Source of the DNA: Candidatus Bathyarchaeia archaeon
GTDB taxonomy: Archaea; Thermoproteota; Bathyarchaeia; Bathyarchaeales; Bathycorpusculaceae
DNA length: 64,000 bases
NCBI GenBank assembly: GCA_038883655.1
Contig: JAVZLQ010000001.1
Coordinates: 96,001-160,000 of the forward strand
Direction of reading: 5' to 3'
Shown here: positions 52,500 through 62,086 of the stretch, one piece after another
Numbering within the stretch: position 1 is the first letter of the stretch
How the letters are laid out: each line of letters starts with the position of its first letter
Translations under genes and position numbers: made by a program
The notes under the pieces: model-generated
What the model was told of the DNA's origin: nothing
Databases searched by the model: none
What the model saw: only the letters and a program-made list of their open reading frames with translations

Positions 52500-52826
52500 A
52501 TGTTCCGCGTGAGAGTTCAAAAAATCGAGTCTATTCGCGATTTGGACGGTAACCTTGGGAAACGCATAGAACTCGTCGAAGAGCGCAAGCTTCCACATCT
52601 GGTTGTCCGACCCCAAACAGAAGAAGCCAAGGTGGTACAAGACGTTTTACAAGCCTTACAGCAGCAGTTACCAATGTTTCCAGCTAGGGCTGAATTTGCA
52701 TTTCCAAAAATAATACTCTTTTTGACTGAGCAAGAATACGAAAGTTTGGGCATAAGTTTCGACGTGAACCAGACGTATGATGTGGTGCTTGAAAATCAAA
52801 CGATAAAGTTCAAGAAAGTTTCATAA
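52500..52826 (+). CDS. Arcadin-1-like protein
   Basis: Pattern D..G..(K/R)IE(L/V)VEE...EEAKVVQDV...PKIILFLTEQEYE matches Pyrobaculum arcadin-1 as I recall it. Confidence 0.7.
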   Translation: MFRVRVQKIESIRDLDGNLGKRIELVEERKLPHLVVRPQTEEAKVVQDVLQALQQQLPMFPARAEFAFPKIILFLTEQEYESLGISFDVNQTYDVVLENQTIKFKKVS

Positions 52827-53145
52827 TCTCTTTTCGCATGTGCTTCAAAGCCGAATAACGCGGATGAAAGGACAAAACAAACATCATACTCTTTAAGGCT
52901 GAAAGGACAAGACTGGGCTGAACCTTTCCATCCCGATCACAGTAAAGCGGAATAGGCTCTTCTTCGCCATTCTTATAGTAAACGTATATGGGTTTAAACT
53001 TGCCCTTGAAGGCGACAACCTCAAAATCCAAATTCAAAAGCCCAGCAACCCTCGCAACGGTTGCGCTAACCGACTTAAGCCTTCTTCCATTAAAAGCAAA
53101 AGATGAAGCGTAAACCAGCAACTTGCCGCCAGCACTCTTAATCAT
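52810..53145 (-). CDS. Conserved hypothetical protein
   Basis: ATG at 53145 after GGTGA; PIYVYY...IPLYCD...MFVLSFHP. Confidence 0.65.
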   Translation of the reverse strand: MIKSAGGKLLVYASSFAFNGRRLKSVSATVARVAGLLNLDFEVVAFKGKFKPIYVYYKNGEEEPIPLYCDRDGKVQPSLVLSALKSMMFVLSFHPRYSALKHMRKEIMKLS

Positions 53146-53284
53146 ACACGCATCACCAACTAGACGAATGCTCAGCCAAAAACTCCTTTTAAAACAAGCG
53201 TCCGAACGACAAAAATGCACAGTGGAGAGAGTTAAGTTAAAGTGAAGATGAATCAAATTGAAATTACGTGGAGCGGACAGCCCC

Positions 53285-53563
53285 ATGACGGTTAGAGCTC
53301 ATGTTTTTGTTTCGGGTAGGGTTCAAGGCGTCTTTTTCAGGTCTGAAACGGCATATGAAGCAAAAAAGCGTGGCGTTAAGGGCTGGGTTCGCAACTTACC
53401 AGACGGAAGAGTCGAAGCCATATTCGAAGGCGAAGAAAAAAACGTAGAAGAATTAATAAAATTCTGCAAGCGCGGACCACCAGGAGCACGAGTAACGAAC
53501 GTAGAGGTTTTATGGGAGCGTCCCACTGGAGAATTCAAAGATTTTGAAATCAAATACTGGTAA
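53285..53563 (+). CDS. acyP: Acylphosphatase
   Basis: [22 protein letters not shown] and GPPGARV motifs. Confidence 0.95.
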   Translation: MTVRAHVFVSGRVQGVFFRSETAYEAKKRGVKGWVRNLPDGRVEAIFEGEEKNVEELIKFCKRGPPGARVTNVEVLWERPTGEFKDFEIKYW

Positions 53564-53598
53564 ACCTTTAAGGATGAGAGTTCTCATGAATGTCCGCA

Positions 53599-54030
53599 TC
53601 ATGTTTTCTTTCTTGGGACTCTGAAGTGTGATGCCTTTCCTGCGCTTACGTAATCTCCGCCTATTCCACGTACTACCGATGCTATTTTTGCAAAGTTTTC
53701 CGAACCTAAAAATTGTCTTGGCTTTATAATTATGTAATCATCTTTTTCTTCGAAGTTTAAGAGGTTCTCCAAGTCTTCTGGGAACATCATTTTTATGTCT
53801 TCTATTGACTGCGTTTTTTCTATGGTTTTTGGCGTTGTTGTGGGCATAGGCGCGGGTGGCGTTGGTGTTGGAGTGGTCGGCGGCGTAGTTGGCGGTGTGA
53901 TTTGTTGGATTGCTATTGATTTTAGTGTTATCGATATTTCCCTTAGGTCTTCTGCTACGCGATTTAGGATTATGAGCGTCTCGTCTATTCTTTCAATAAG
54001 CTTTTCAAGAATTTTTCCTTCGCCGCTCAT
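53599..54030 (-). CDS. Hypothetical protein: coiled coil, Pro/Thr linker, small C-terminal domain
   Basis: ATG at 54030 after GGAG; the upstream extension of the listed ORF overlaps rtcA. Confidence 0.7.
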   Translation of the reverse strand: MSGEGKILEKLIERIDETLIILNRVAEDLREISITLKSIAIQQITPPTTPPTTPTPTPPAPMPTTTPKTIEKTQSIEDIKMMFPEDLENLLNFEEKDDYIIIKPRQFLGSENFAKIASVVRGIGGDYVSAGKASHFRVPRKKT

Positions 54031-54121
54031 ATGCTTCTCCTTTTCCAAATCCTTAATACAAAACCATTTATTAATTGTTTTTGACAAGCAAAATAGAAAA
54101 CGTTGAGAGGTTAAGTAGCAT

Positions 54122-55159
54122 TTGATTGAGGTTGACGGCGGCCAAAAAAGCGGAAGCGGTACAATCCTGAGGCTTTCGGTTGCTTTAGCCGCCATAATTG
54201 GGCAGCCCCTACACATATACAATATTCGGCAGAATAGACCACAACCAGGTTTGAGACCACAACATTTGGAAGCTGTCTTAACCGCTGCTAGGCTTTGCGC
54301 TGCAGATTTGAAAGGTGCAGAGTTGAACTCTCGTGAGCTTTGGTTCTTTCCAAAAAAGGTGCGCGGCGGAACAGTTGAGGCTGAAATTGGAACTGCTGGG
54401 AGCATTCCAATGCTGCTAATGACCGTTTTGCCAATATGCGCTTTCGCGGAAAACCCCGTGCAACTTCATGTTTCAAAGGGCGGGACAGACGTTCAAAACG
54501 CGCCCACGATCAACTATCTGCGTTTTGTTCTTCTGCCAATGCTCAAGCAAATGGGAATAAACGCATCCTTACACGTTAACAAATATGGTTATTACCCAAA
54601 AGGAATGGGTGAGGTAACCGTTACCGTCAAGCCGAACAAGAACTTGAAGCCTATTCGCCTAGAAAATTTTGGCAAGATAAAAGGGTTGAAGGGCTTTTCT
54701 GTGTGCACTTTCCTAGCTGATAGGCGGGTGGCTGAACGCCAAGCAGAAGCGGCGAACAGCTACTTGCGTGAGAAAGGCTACACGGCGGAAATCCAAATAG
54801 TGAATGACAGGTCTAATCCCCTTCAAAAGGGCAGTTCATTAGTTTTATGGGCTGAAACTGACGCTGGCGCTGTTTTGGGTGCTGATGCCATAGGAGAAAT
54901 TAGAAAGACAAGCGAGGCTGTTGGGCGAGAGGCAGCCGAGAAACTTTATACTGAAATTTCATGTAAGCCCACTGTTGATGTACATTTGGCTGACATGCTA
55001 GTTCCCTATGTGGCTTTAGCTAAAGGCAAATCTTGCTATTTGACGCGGCAAGTTTCAGACCATTTGGAAACGAACATTTGGCTCGCGCAAGAGTTGTTGG
55101 GCGTTAAATTTAATGTTGAAAGGGTTGGTGAGCTTTACAGAATTGAGCGAACAGCCTAA
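54122..55159 (+). CDS. rtcA: RNA 3'-terminal phosphate cyclase
   Basis: IRQNRPQPGLRPQH, GGTDV, GYYPKGMG and SDHLETN motifs. Confidence 0.93.
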   Translation: MIEVDGGQKSGSGTILRLSVALAAIIGQPLHIYNIRQNRPQPGLRPQHLEAVLTAARLCAADLKGAELNSRELWFFPKKVRGGTVEAEIGTAGSIPMLLMTVLPICAFAENPVQLHVSKGGTDVQNAPTINYLRFVLLPMLKQMGINASLHVNKYGYYPKGMGEVTVTVKPNKNLKPIRLENFGKIKGLKGFSVCTFLADRRVAERQAEAANSYLREKGYTAEIQIVNDRSNPLQKGSSLVLWAETDAGAVLGADAIGEIRKTSEAVGREAAEKLYTEISCKPTVDVHLADMLVPYVALAKGKSCYLTRQVSDHLETNIWLAQELLGVKFNVERVGELYRIERTA

Positions 55160-55184
55160 AATTGAGCTTGCGAGTGGCGTCTTT

Positions 55185-56579
55185 ATGAAGGTGAAGGTTA
55201 GGGGAATATACACAACAGCCTTAACAAAACTACTTTTAGATAACGGCTTTGAAATAATTGAGCCGTCCCTAGCCATAAAAAACCGTTTTGGGCTTGCGGA
55301 CAATTTTCTGCAGCCAGACATGAAGGTGAAAGACCGTTATGACATGCAAGGTGTGAGGGTGCTTGGCAAACCAGAAGCTGTTGAAAGGTTCAAGATGATT
55401 TTGCAGGAGGCTTTACCGGATGTTATAACTAGGAAGTGGGCTGTCAGTGTGGATGGAATATACAAGGGCAAAGTTGTCGGAGTTTGCGGAGACACAGTTT
55501 ATGTTGACATGGGCGAGGGCGTAATTGGGCAACTCCAGAAACCAAACCTACATGCCTCAGAAGGTGAATCTATAATTGTTCAGGTTGAAAGAAGGCGCAT
55601 TGGAGCAAAACAGCCAACCTTAACCACAAACTTGAAGATTGTTGGAGAAAATGCCATTCTCGTGCAGAACAGCCGCGTTGGTGTCAGCCTAAAAATCCGC
55701 GACATTAACAAGAGAGCTGAACTTTACGCTTTGGGAATGAAACTTGCCCCGGAAGGTTGGGGAATAATTTGGCGTGAAACCTCGGCAAAAATGTCAGTAG
55801 AAGCCTTAGAAGGTGAGGTGAAGATGCTTGTGGAGAAAGCGGAAAGTCTAAATGAAAGGGCTGTCGTGACGGAAGCACCGTCAATTTTGGTTGAAGGTTT
55901 AAGTTTCATGGATGTTGAGTTTCCTTTCTTCTCAAAGAGGGAAATGGATAAGCTTAGGGCGTATGTTACCCCAACATTGGATGGGCATCACTTTTACAAG
56001 AGTTGTGGTGGGAGGGTTTCATCCACCTTGGAGATGGCGGAAAAACTTTTGGAAAATGGTCAAAATGAAAGTGTGGTTAATGATGCTTTTAGGCAGCAAA
56101 TCGTATACGAGTTTCCAGAAGAAGGCTCAATTGTTGATGTTGAACATGTTAAGCTAAGCGGCGCGGTTTTCCACCTTGGACAAGCAGAAATCGAGAGCAT
56201 CGATGATAAAAGGCTAAAATACAGCCGAATCATGCGGAGCAACGGCTTCTATGATGGGTTAGGCGTGAAGAAAGAAGCAGGAGACAAAGCTGTAAGCGAA
56301 ACCGAAATTGGCGAATTCTACACAACAACAAGTTATTTTTCCGTTGATGGAACATTTAAGGGCAAATACATAAACCTAAACACACCAGTGGAAATTTATC
56401 CGCAAACACTCCGCTATGTAGATTTAGAAGTTGATGTCTGCGTATTGCCAGACGGCACAACTAAGGTTTTGGACATGGAGAAACTTGAAAAAGCATTAGA
56501 GCGTGGGCTCATAAGCAAGGCGTTTTTCCAGAAAATTTTGGAGAAAGTCGAAGAAATAAAGAGGGTTTGCGGGTCTTAA
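55185..56579 (+). CDS. fau-1: RNA-binding protein/ribonuclease FAU-1 (DUF402)
   Basis: VRGIYTTALT, GHHFYK, YINLNTPVE and RYVDLEVDV motifs. Confidence 0.9.
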   Translation: MKVKVRGIYTTALTKLLLDNGFEIIEPSLAIKNRFGLADNFLQPDMKVKDRYDMQGVRVLGKPEAVERFKMILQEALPDVITRKWAVSVDGIYKGKVVGVCGDTVYVDMGEGVIGQLQKPNLHASEGESIIVQVERRRIGAKQPTLTTNLKIVGENAILVQNSRVGVSLKIRDINKRAELYALGMKLAPEGWGIIWRETSAKMSVEALEGEVKMLVEKAESLNERAVVTEAPSILVEGLSFMDVEFPFFSKREMDKLRAYVTPTLDGHHFYKSCGGRVSSTLEMAEKLLENGQNESVVNDAFRQQIVYEFPEEGSIVDVEHVKLSGAVFHLGQAEIESIDDKRLKYSRIMRSNGFYDGLGVKKEAGDKAVSETEIGEFYTTTSYFSVDGTFKGKYINLNTPVEIYPQTLRYVDLEVDVCVLPDGTTKVLDMEKLEKALERGLISKAFFQKILEKVEEIKRVCGS

Positions 56580-57649
56580 TGCCAAAAGAAGCTGTGTGCT
56601 TAAAAATTCCGAAAGCTGAAGGCGAAAAAGCCATAATCCTAGTCAGCAAACTCAAAATAATTGATAGGGAACTGGAAATTCAAAGAAACAAAAATTTCAT
56701 TTATGTCCCGCTTACTAGCCAACCATCAGAAGATGCCCTAAAAACCTTGCAAAGCCAAATCCAAGAATATGAAATAACAACATGTGCATTCCAAGAAAAG
56801 GCTAGAAAAAGTAGAACCATAATTGAATACCTTGAGGGTAAACTTTCGCCACACTTGCTGGCAAGCCTTCCAAAGGCAATGGACATTGTTGGCGACATAG
56901 CCATAATAGAAGTTCCTCCAGAACTGGAAAAACACAAAGGCTTAATAGGCGAAGCCATAATCGAAACTCACAGGAACATTAAAACTGTTCTTGCAAAAGC
57001 TGGAGCCATAAGCGGAACCTACCGCCTAAGAGAATTGGCAGTAATTGCTGGAGAACCTAAAACCGCGACAGTCCACAGGGAATATGGATGCCAGTATTAT
57101 GTTGACCTTGCAAAGGCGTATTTTTCCCCTCGCCTATCATATGAGCATCATAGGATAGCATCGCAGGTGAAGGAAGGCGAAACAGTGATTGACATGTTTG
57201 CTGGTGTTGGGCCCTTCTCCATTTTGATTGCCAAGATGCGTGAGCGTGTGAAGGTTTATGCCATAGATATTAACCCAGAGGCAGTTGAATTGCTGAAACG
57301 TAACATAAGGCTGAACAGGGTTGAAGGCAAAGTCTATCCAATGCTTGGAGACGCAGAAGGAATTATCGAAAAAATGTTCGTTGAAGTTGCTGACCGTGTA
57401 ATTATGAACTTGCCGGAGAAAGCCATAGATTTTGTCGTTTCTGCGTGTAGGGCGCTCAAAGCAGCTGGCGGAATGATCCACTTTTATAGCTTCGTTAAAC
57501 CTTCAGAACCACTGGAAGACATTAAAATTCGCTTCGCCCGAGTTGTTGAAAAGTCTGGGCGTAAGCTGGAGAAAATCCATTTTTCAAGGCTTGTTCGCGA
57601 AACAGCCCCATACGAGTGGCAAGCAGTAATAGACGCAGAAATTCGTTAA
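56579..57649 (+). CDS. trm5: tRNA (guanine-N1)-methyltransferase Trm5 family
   Basis: YFSPRL, DMFAGVGPF and RVIMNLP motifs. Confidence 0.9.
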   Translation: MPKEAVCLKIPKAEGEKAIILVSKLKIIDRELEIQRNKNFIYVPLTSQPSEDALKTLQSQIQEYEITTCAFQEKARKSRTIIEYLEGKLSPHLLASLPKAMDIVGDIAIIEVPPELEKHKGLIGEAIIETHRNIKTVLAKAGAISGTYRLRELAVIAGEPKTATVHREYGCQYYVDLAKAYFSPRLSYEHHRIASQVKEGETVIDMFAGVGPFSILIAKMRERVKVYAIDINPEAVELLKRNIRLNRVEGKVYPMLGDAEGIIEKMFVEVADRVIMNLPEKAIDFVVSACRALKAAGGMIHFYSFVKPSEPLEDIKIRFARVVEKSGRKLEKIHFSRLVRETAPYEWQAVIDAEIR

Positions 57650-58101
57650 ACGCTTACGGTTAACGTAATCTTCACTTTTTGCCGCGGGTTCTTCAGCTCT
57701 TCAACAAGCCTTCTTGAAAGGTCGCACGCCGCTTTGTCGGCTTTTATTGCCAATGTTCTCGCGCATACATAATCGCTTTTTCTGACAACAATGTCTGTTG
57801 GATGAGTCAAAATCAACTTTGGGCTGCCAAATGCTTTAACAACTTCAGCAACTTCATTCGTTTCAATATGCACAGTTATTTCTGCTCTTTCATTTAAGAG
57901 GCATTTTTTAAATTCTAGGCTTAAATCTGCTAAAGCTTTGTCTGCTGAAACAGCAATTATGCAATCACCTTTTCTTGTAAGCTCAGTTTCCTTCGTAATT
58001 TCAAGCGTTGACCCATGCGTGGCGCTAATATTCTCATGTCCGCGAGCAATGATGACTTCTCTTACTTTCACGGAGGTTCCATCCACGCTATTTGAGGGCA
58101 A
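57646..58101 (-). CDS. DUF371 family protein
   Basis: GHENISATH.STLEIT, GDCII and RKSDY..RTLAI motifs. Confidence 0.88.
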   Translation of the reverse strand: MPSNSVDGTSVKVREVIIARGHENISATHGSTLEITKETELTRKGDCIIAVSADKALADLSLEFKKCLLNERAEITVHIETNEVAEVVKAFGSPKLILTHPTDIVVRKSDYVCARTLAIKADKAACDLSRRLVEELKNPRQKVKITLTVSV

Positions 58102-58540
58102 GTTTAAGTATTATTGCGTCATGTCCAAGCCCAAAATAGTCTTGCATGAAGCCAGTTATGCGGAACCCGTGCTCATAATAGAAGGGGATGGCTGACGCGC
58201 ACTTGTAATGCACCTCTGCAAGAACAGCCATAGCGCCTTTACGCTTTAGCGCTTTTAATATCTTTTCCAGCAAACGCCTTCCTATGCCCCTTCCTTGATA
58301 ATCCTTTGCGATAACAATGTCTTCAAGCGTTCCTTGCTGACCACGAATGTCTGCAAGTGCATATCCAACAACTTTTCCATCTTTAACAGCCACGAAAGCT
58401 AAGTCTGGGTTTTCCCTTAATCCATCTAAAATGTGTTTGGAGTATTCTTCTTTTGTGGCGTAAGGGTTCGCCAGCACGGAGAGCTCGGATACAACTGGCA
58501 AGTCACTCTCAAGCATTCTCCTAATGGCTATTTTGGTCAT
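58088..58540 (-). CDS. GNAT acetyltransferase
   Basis: YQGRGIGRRL motif A; FYYEHGF. Confidence 0.88.
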   Translation of the reverse strand: MTKIAIRRMLESDLPVVSELSVLANPYATKEEYSKHILDGLRENPDLAFVAVKDGKVVGYALADIRGQQGTLEDIVIAKDYQGRGIGRRLLEKILKALKRKGAMAVLAEVHYKCASAIPFYYEHGFRITGFMQDYFGLGHDAIILKLALK

Positions 58541-59004
58541 GTCTTTTCACTTTGCTGCAGTTCCTTTGCTAGGTAAAGTGCAACCTTTCCGTCTTGGTAG
58601 ATTTTGTCGTTGTATCCGCAGATTTTGTAGCCATTTTTAAAGTATAGTTGTAGGGCTGGTGTGTTGTCAATTGCCGTGTCAAACATTATGACCCGCGCTT
58701 TTTTCTTTTTGGCAAAGGCTTCCATAGCCTTTAATAGGGCTGTTCCTATGCCTTTGCATCTGTGTCGCGAATCCACGAGGACAGTTATAACGTAGGCGCT
58801 GTTGTTCCACCTATAAAAATGGATGCGCGAATAACCAACAATCTCACCGTTTTCTTCTGCCACAAAAAAGAAGCATTTTTCGTTTGGATTTTTCAGCGCA
58901 AAAAGTGCGCGTAAATTTTCCTTTGTCGGTTCACCGTTTCTCTTTTCTAAATCCAAAATTTCATCCAAATCCTTTACAGCGGCAATGCGAACCCTAACCA
59001 TCAC
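58537..59004 (-). CDS. GNAT acetyltransferase
   Basis: RCKGIGTALL; NTPALQLYFKNGY. Confidence 0.88.
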   Translation of the reverse strand: MMVRVRIAAVKDLDEILDLEKRNGEPTKENLRALFALKNPNEKCFFFVAEENGEIVGYSRIHFYRWNNSAYVITVLVDSRHRCKGIGTALLKAMEAFAKKKKARVIMFDTAIDNTPALQLYFKNGYKICGYNDKIYQDGKVALYLAKELQQSEKT

Positions 59005-59019
59005 TTCACCACTCCACGT

Positions 59020-59985
59020 CTATTCTAGAACTTCTATGCTATCCACTTTGCCGTCTCCATCTAAATCGAAGCCTTGAATAACCGTTGCGAACGAGTCTTC
59101 GCCACCATACTTCCTCAAGGTTTTTTCCCAAAAATTTGTTAAAGCCAAAACACATGCCTTTGTGCCAACAGCCTTATTTCCAGCCAAAACAATTATTCTT
59201 TTTGTTTTGTCCCATGGATTCGCTATTTTCGCTATCAAACCGACAGCATCCGCCATGTAAACGTTAGTTGTTCTCCTTGAAACTAAACCGCCGAACAAAA
59301 AGCCTTGTTCTGAAGGTTGCATGTTAAACCTTATTGGCAAATAGTCATTCACTTCCTGCGTTAGAAGGTTTGTTCCCGGACCGCCTACGAGGATTAGGTT
59401 GTTCCGTTCTTCTTTTTCGGCTTTCACGTCAACGTCGAGTTTCACGGCGAACTCATCTGGCAATCTTGAAAATTGTCCAAGAAAGAATGTCAAGTGTGAT
59501 GCGTAATGTCCATCTCTAGCGCTTGTTTTGAACGGTCCGTGTGGTGTTGGACTGCCAACGACTATTTTTCCTTCGAATGTTCCGTCATCCCTTATGAATT
59601 CTTTGAAAAACTTTTGGATTTGCTCGTCTATTCTTACCAGCGGAACCTTCTTTATTGTCTTATACTTTAGTGGGAGTTCTATGCCAAATGCGGGCGCCAC
59701 AACCTTATAGTATTTTGCCATTGCGCCTTTCTTTCCCTCTTCTCTCGCAACTGTTATGGCTCCTGCTTTCGCAAGCTTCCTAATGTGATAGTAAACTTTC
59801 TGTTCATGAACTCCAAGTGTCTTCGCGATTTCCAAAGGGTACATTTCCTTTTCAGAAAGCATGACCAGAATTTTCCAACTTAACTTTCCCATCATCATCT
59901 TAAGCTTCTGTGGATCTTCAACAATCATTATGTCCTTTGCCTTCTGAACTTTGCCTTCTTCATGGACTAGCAGTTTTTTGTACAT
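59020..59985 (-). CDS. ArsR-type HTH regulator with an S-layer-like C-terminal domain
   Basis: EQKVYYHIRKL HTH; NLILVGGPGTN; terminal DLDGDGKVD. Confidence 0.8.
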   Translation of the reverse strand: MYKKLLVHEEGKVQKAKDIMIVEDPQKLKMMMGKLSWKILVMLSEKEMYPLEIAKTLGVHEQKVYYHIRKLAKAGAITVAREEGKKGAMAKYYKVVAPAFGIELPLKYKTIKKVPLVRIDEQIQKFFKEFIRDDGTFEGKIVVGSPTPHGPFKTSARDGHYASHLTFFLGQFSRLPDEFAVKLDVDVKAEKEERNNLILVGGPGTNLLTQEVNDYLPIRFNMQPSEQGFLFGGLVSRRTTNVYMADAVGLIAKIANPWDKTKRIIVLAGNKAVGTKACVLALTNFWEKTLRKYGGEDSFATVIQGFDLDGDGKVDSIEVLE

Positions 59986-60195
59986 TTTTCTTCGTGTCTA
60001 TAGGGGGCTAATCCATTATAAAAATTTTTATTATGGTAAACGTACAACTAAACAAAGCATACGCCAAACAACGAACACGGCGGCTCCTAAGCTCTTAAAA
60101 AATTTTTAGAGCTTGAATTTTTCTCTTAAAAAACCTTATTTACGGAAAAGCTTCGATAAAAGCTTGCAAAACCAGAAGGGCGATGAGGCTCAAGC

Positions 60196-62025
60196 ATGTG
60201 TGGAATATTCGGATGCGTATTAAAAGAAGGAAACGCCGCGCCGACGATTCACGCTGCACTTGAAAGGTTGGAATACCGCGGCTACGATTCAGTAGGCGAA
60301 GCAACAATTCATAACGGCGTTCTATACATAAAAAAGGACAGCGGAAAAATAGAGGAAGTTCATAAAATCAACAACTTGGACGATCTGCCAGGCAATATTG
60401 GCATTGGGCATACACGATGGGCAACCCACGGCGCGCCGCTACAAATAAACGCACATCCACATGTGGACTGCAGTGGGCAAATTGCTGTAGTTCACAATGG
60501 CATAATAGAAAATTTTGCAGAACTAAAAGCGGAACTGGAAAACCGTGGACACATTTTCAGGTCGAAGACGGACACCGAAGTTATAGTCCACCTAATCGAG
60601 GAGAATTTGAAGGCTAACCCACAAATAAGCCTCACAGAAGCTGTTCTCGAAGCCGTTAGAAGGCTTGATGGTTCATACGCTATAGCCGTAATCTACACGA
60701 AAGAGCCTGACAAAATAGTTTGTGCGAGAAATGAAAGCCCACTTGTGCTCGGCATCGGCGAAAACGCAATTTATTGCGCCTCTGACATTCCAGCCTTTCT
60801 GCCACTCACCAACAAGGTAGTCGTAGTTGAAGATGGCGAAATTGTCACGCTGTCGTTAGAAGGCTATGAAATTAGGAGGATTGTTGACTTCAGTACAGTT
60901 TTGCGTGAGCCAAAGGTTGTTGACTGGACACCTGAAATGGCCGTAAAGCAAGGTTATCCACATTTCATGCTCAAGGAGATCCACGAGCAACCAGCAGTTT
61001 TAAGAAACACGTTACGGCTTCAGGAGCACTACTTAGACCTTATGGCAACATTCCTTGATCGTGCACGCGAAGTCTTCCTCGTGGCTTGTGGGACAAGTTA
61101 CCACGCGTGTTTGGCTGCTTCCTACATGTTCTCCAAACTTGCCTTTTTGGGAACATATCCCGTTATCGCTTCAGAATTCATTGAACAGCATGGAAAGTCG
61201 GTGAACATCGACAGCACGATTTTGGCTGTGAGTCAATCTGGCGAAACCGCTGACACGTTGGCGGCTGTGAACTGTGCAAGGCAGCGGGCAGCTACAATCC
61301 TTGGACTGACAAACGTTATTGGTTCAACTCTAACGCGTGTCTCGCGAGTCTACATTGGTCAGCAGTCTGGTCCAGAAATAGGCGTAGCAGCGACAAAAAC
61401 TTTCACGGCGCAACTTTCCGTTTTAGCCCAACTCGCCCTACGACTAGCCAAAAAGAGAGGCAAAATATCACAGGATGAGATGGACTTTATCGCTGAGCGA
61501 CTGGAAAAACTACCAGAAGTCGTCGAAACCATAATCCGCACACAAGAGGAAAAGGTAAAACAGATTGCCAAAAAATACAAAGACGCTAAAATATTCTTCT
61601 TCCTTGGACGTGGAATAAGCACGGCAACAGCCTACGAAGGTAGGCTTAAGCTCATGGAAATTGCCTACGTGCCTTCAATAGCCTTCCCAGCTGGAGAAAG
61701 TAAGCATGGACCAATAAGCCTCATAGAGCCGGGCTTTCCAGTTGTTTTTATATGCCCGAAAGACGATACGCGTAAGACGCTTATTGGGAATATTATGGAG
61801 ATGAAGGCTAGGGGTGCATCAATAATAGCGGTTGTTGAGGAGGGCGACGAGGAGATAAAGGGTTTGGCTGACGATTGGGTTGAAGTTCCAAAGGGTATTC
61901 CAGACGTACTTTCGCCAATACCATTCGTGATTCCGCTTCAGCTTCTAGCCTATTACATGGCTATTGAACGTGGACACAACCCAGACACTCCGCGGAATCT
62001 CGCGAAGTCTGTAACCGTCAAATAG
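60196..62025 (+). CDS. glmS: Glutamine--fructose-6-phosphate aminotransferase
   Basis: MCGIFG, EYRGYDS, HTRWATHG, SQSGETAD and PRNLAKSVTV motifs. Confidence 0.97.
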   Translation: MCGIFGCVLKEGNAAPTIHAALERLEYRGYDSVGEATIHNGVLYIKKDSGKIEEVHKINNLDDLPGNIGIGHTRWATHGAPLQINAHPHVDCSGQIAVVHNGIIENFAELKAELENRGHIFRSKTDTEVIVHLIEENLKANPQISLTEAVLEAVRRLDGSYAIAVIYTKEPDKIVCARNESPLVLGIGENAIYCASDIPAFLPLTNKVVVVEDGEIVTLSLEGYEIRRIVDFSTVLREPKVVDWTPEMAVKQGYPHFMLKEIHEQPAVLRNTLRLQEHYLDLMATFLDRAREVFLVACGTSYHACLAASYMFSKLAFLGTYPVIASEFIEQHGKSVNIDSTILAVSQSGETADTLAAVNCARQRAATILGLTNVIGSTLTRVSRVYIGQQSGPEIGVAATKTFTAQLSVLAQLALRLAKKRGKISQDEMDFIAERLEKLPEVVETIIRTQEEKVKQIAKKYKDAKIFFFLGRGISTATAYEGRLKLMEIAYVPSIAFPAGESKHGPISLIEPGFPVVFICPKDDTRKTLIGNIMEMKARGASIIAVVEEGDEEIKGLADDWVEVPKGIPDVLSPIPFVIPLQLLAYYMAIERGHNPDTPRNLAKSVTVK

Positions 62026-62086
62026 GTTTCGCTTCAAATTTTACTTTAGGCAAATACGTTAAAAGCGCGCTAAGCATCTATTAGAT

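Noticed and set aside
54031-54405. N-terminal extension of ORF 53599..54405
   Set aside because: It overlaps rtcA on the opposite strand; a better start with a ribosome-binding site lies at 54030.
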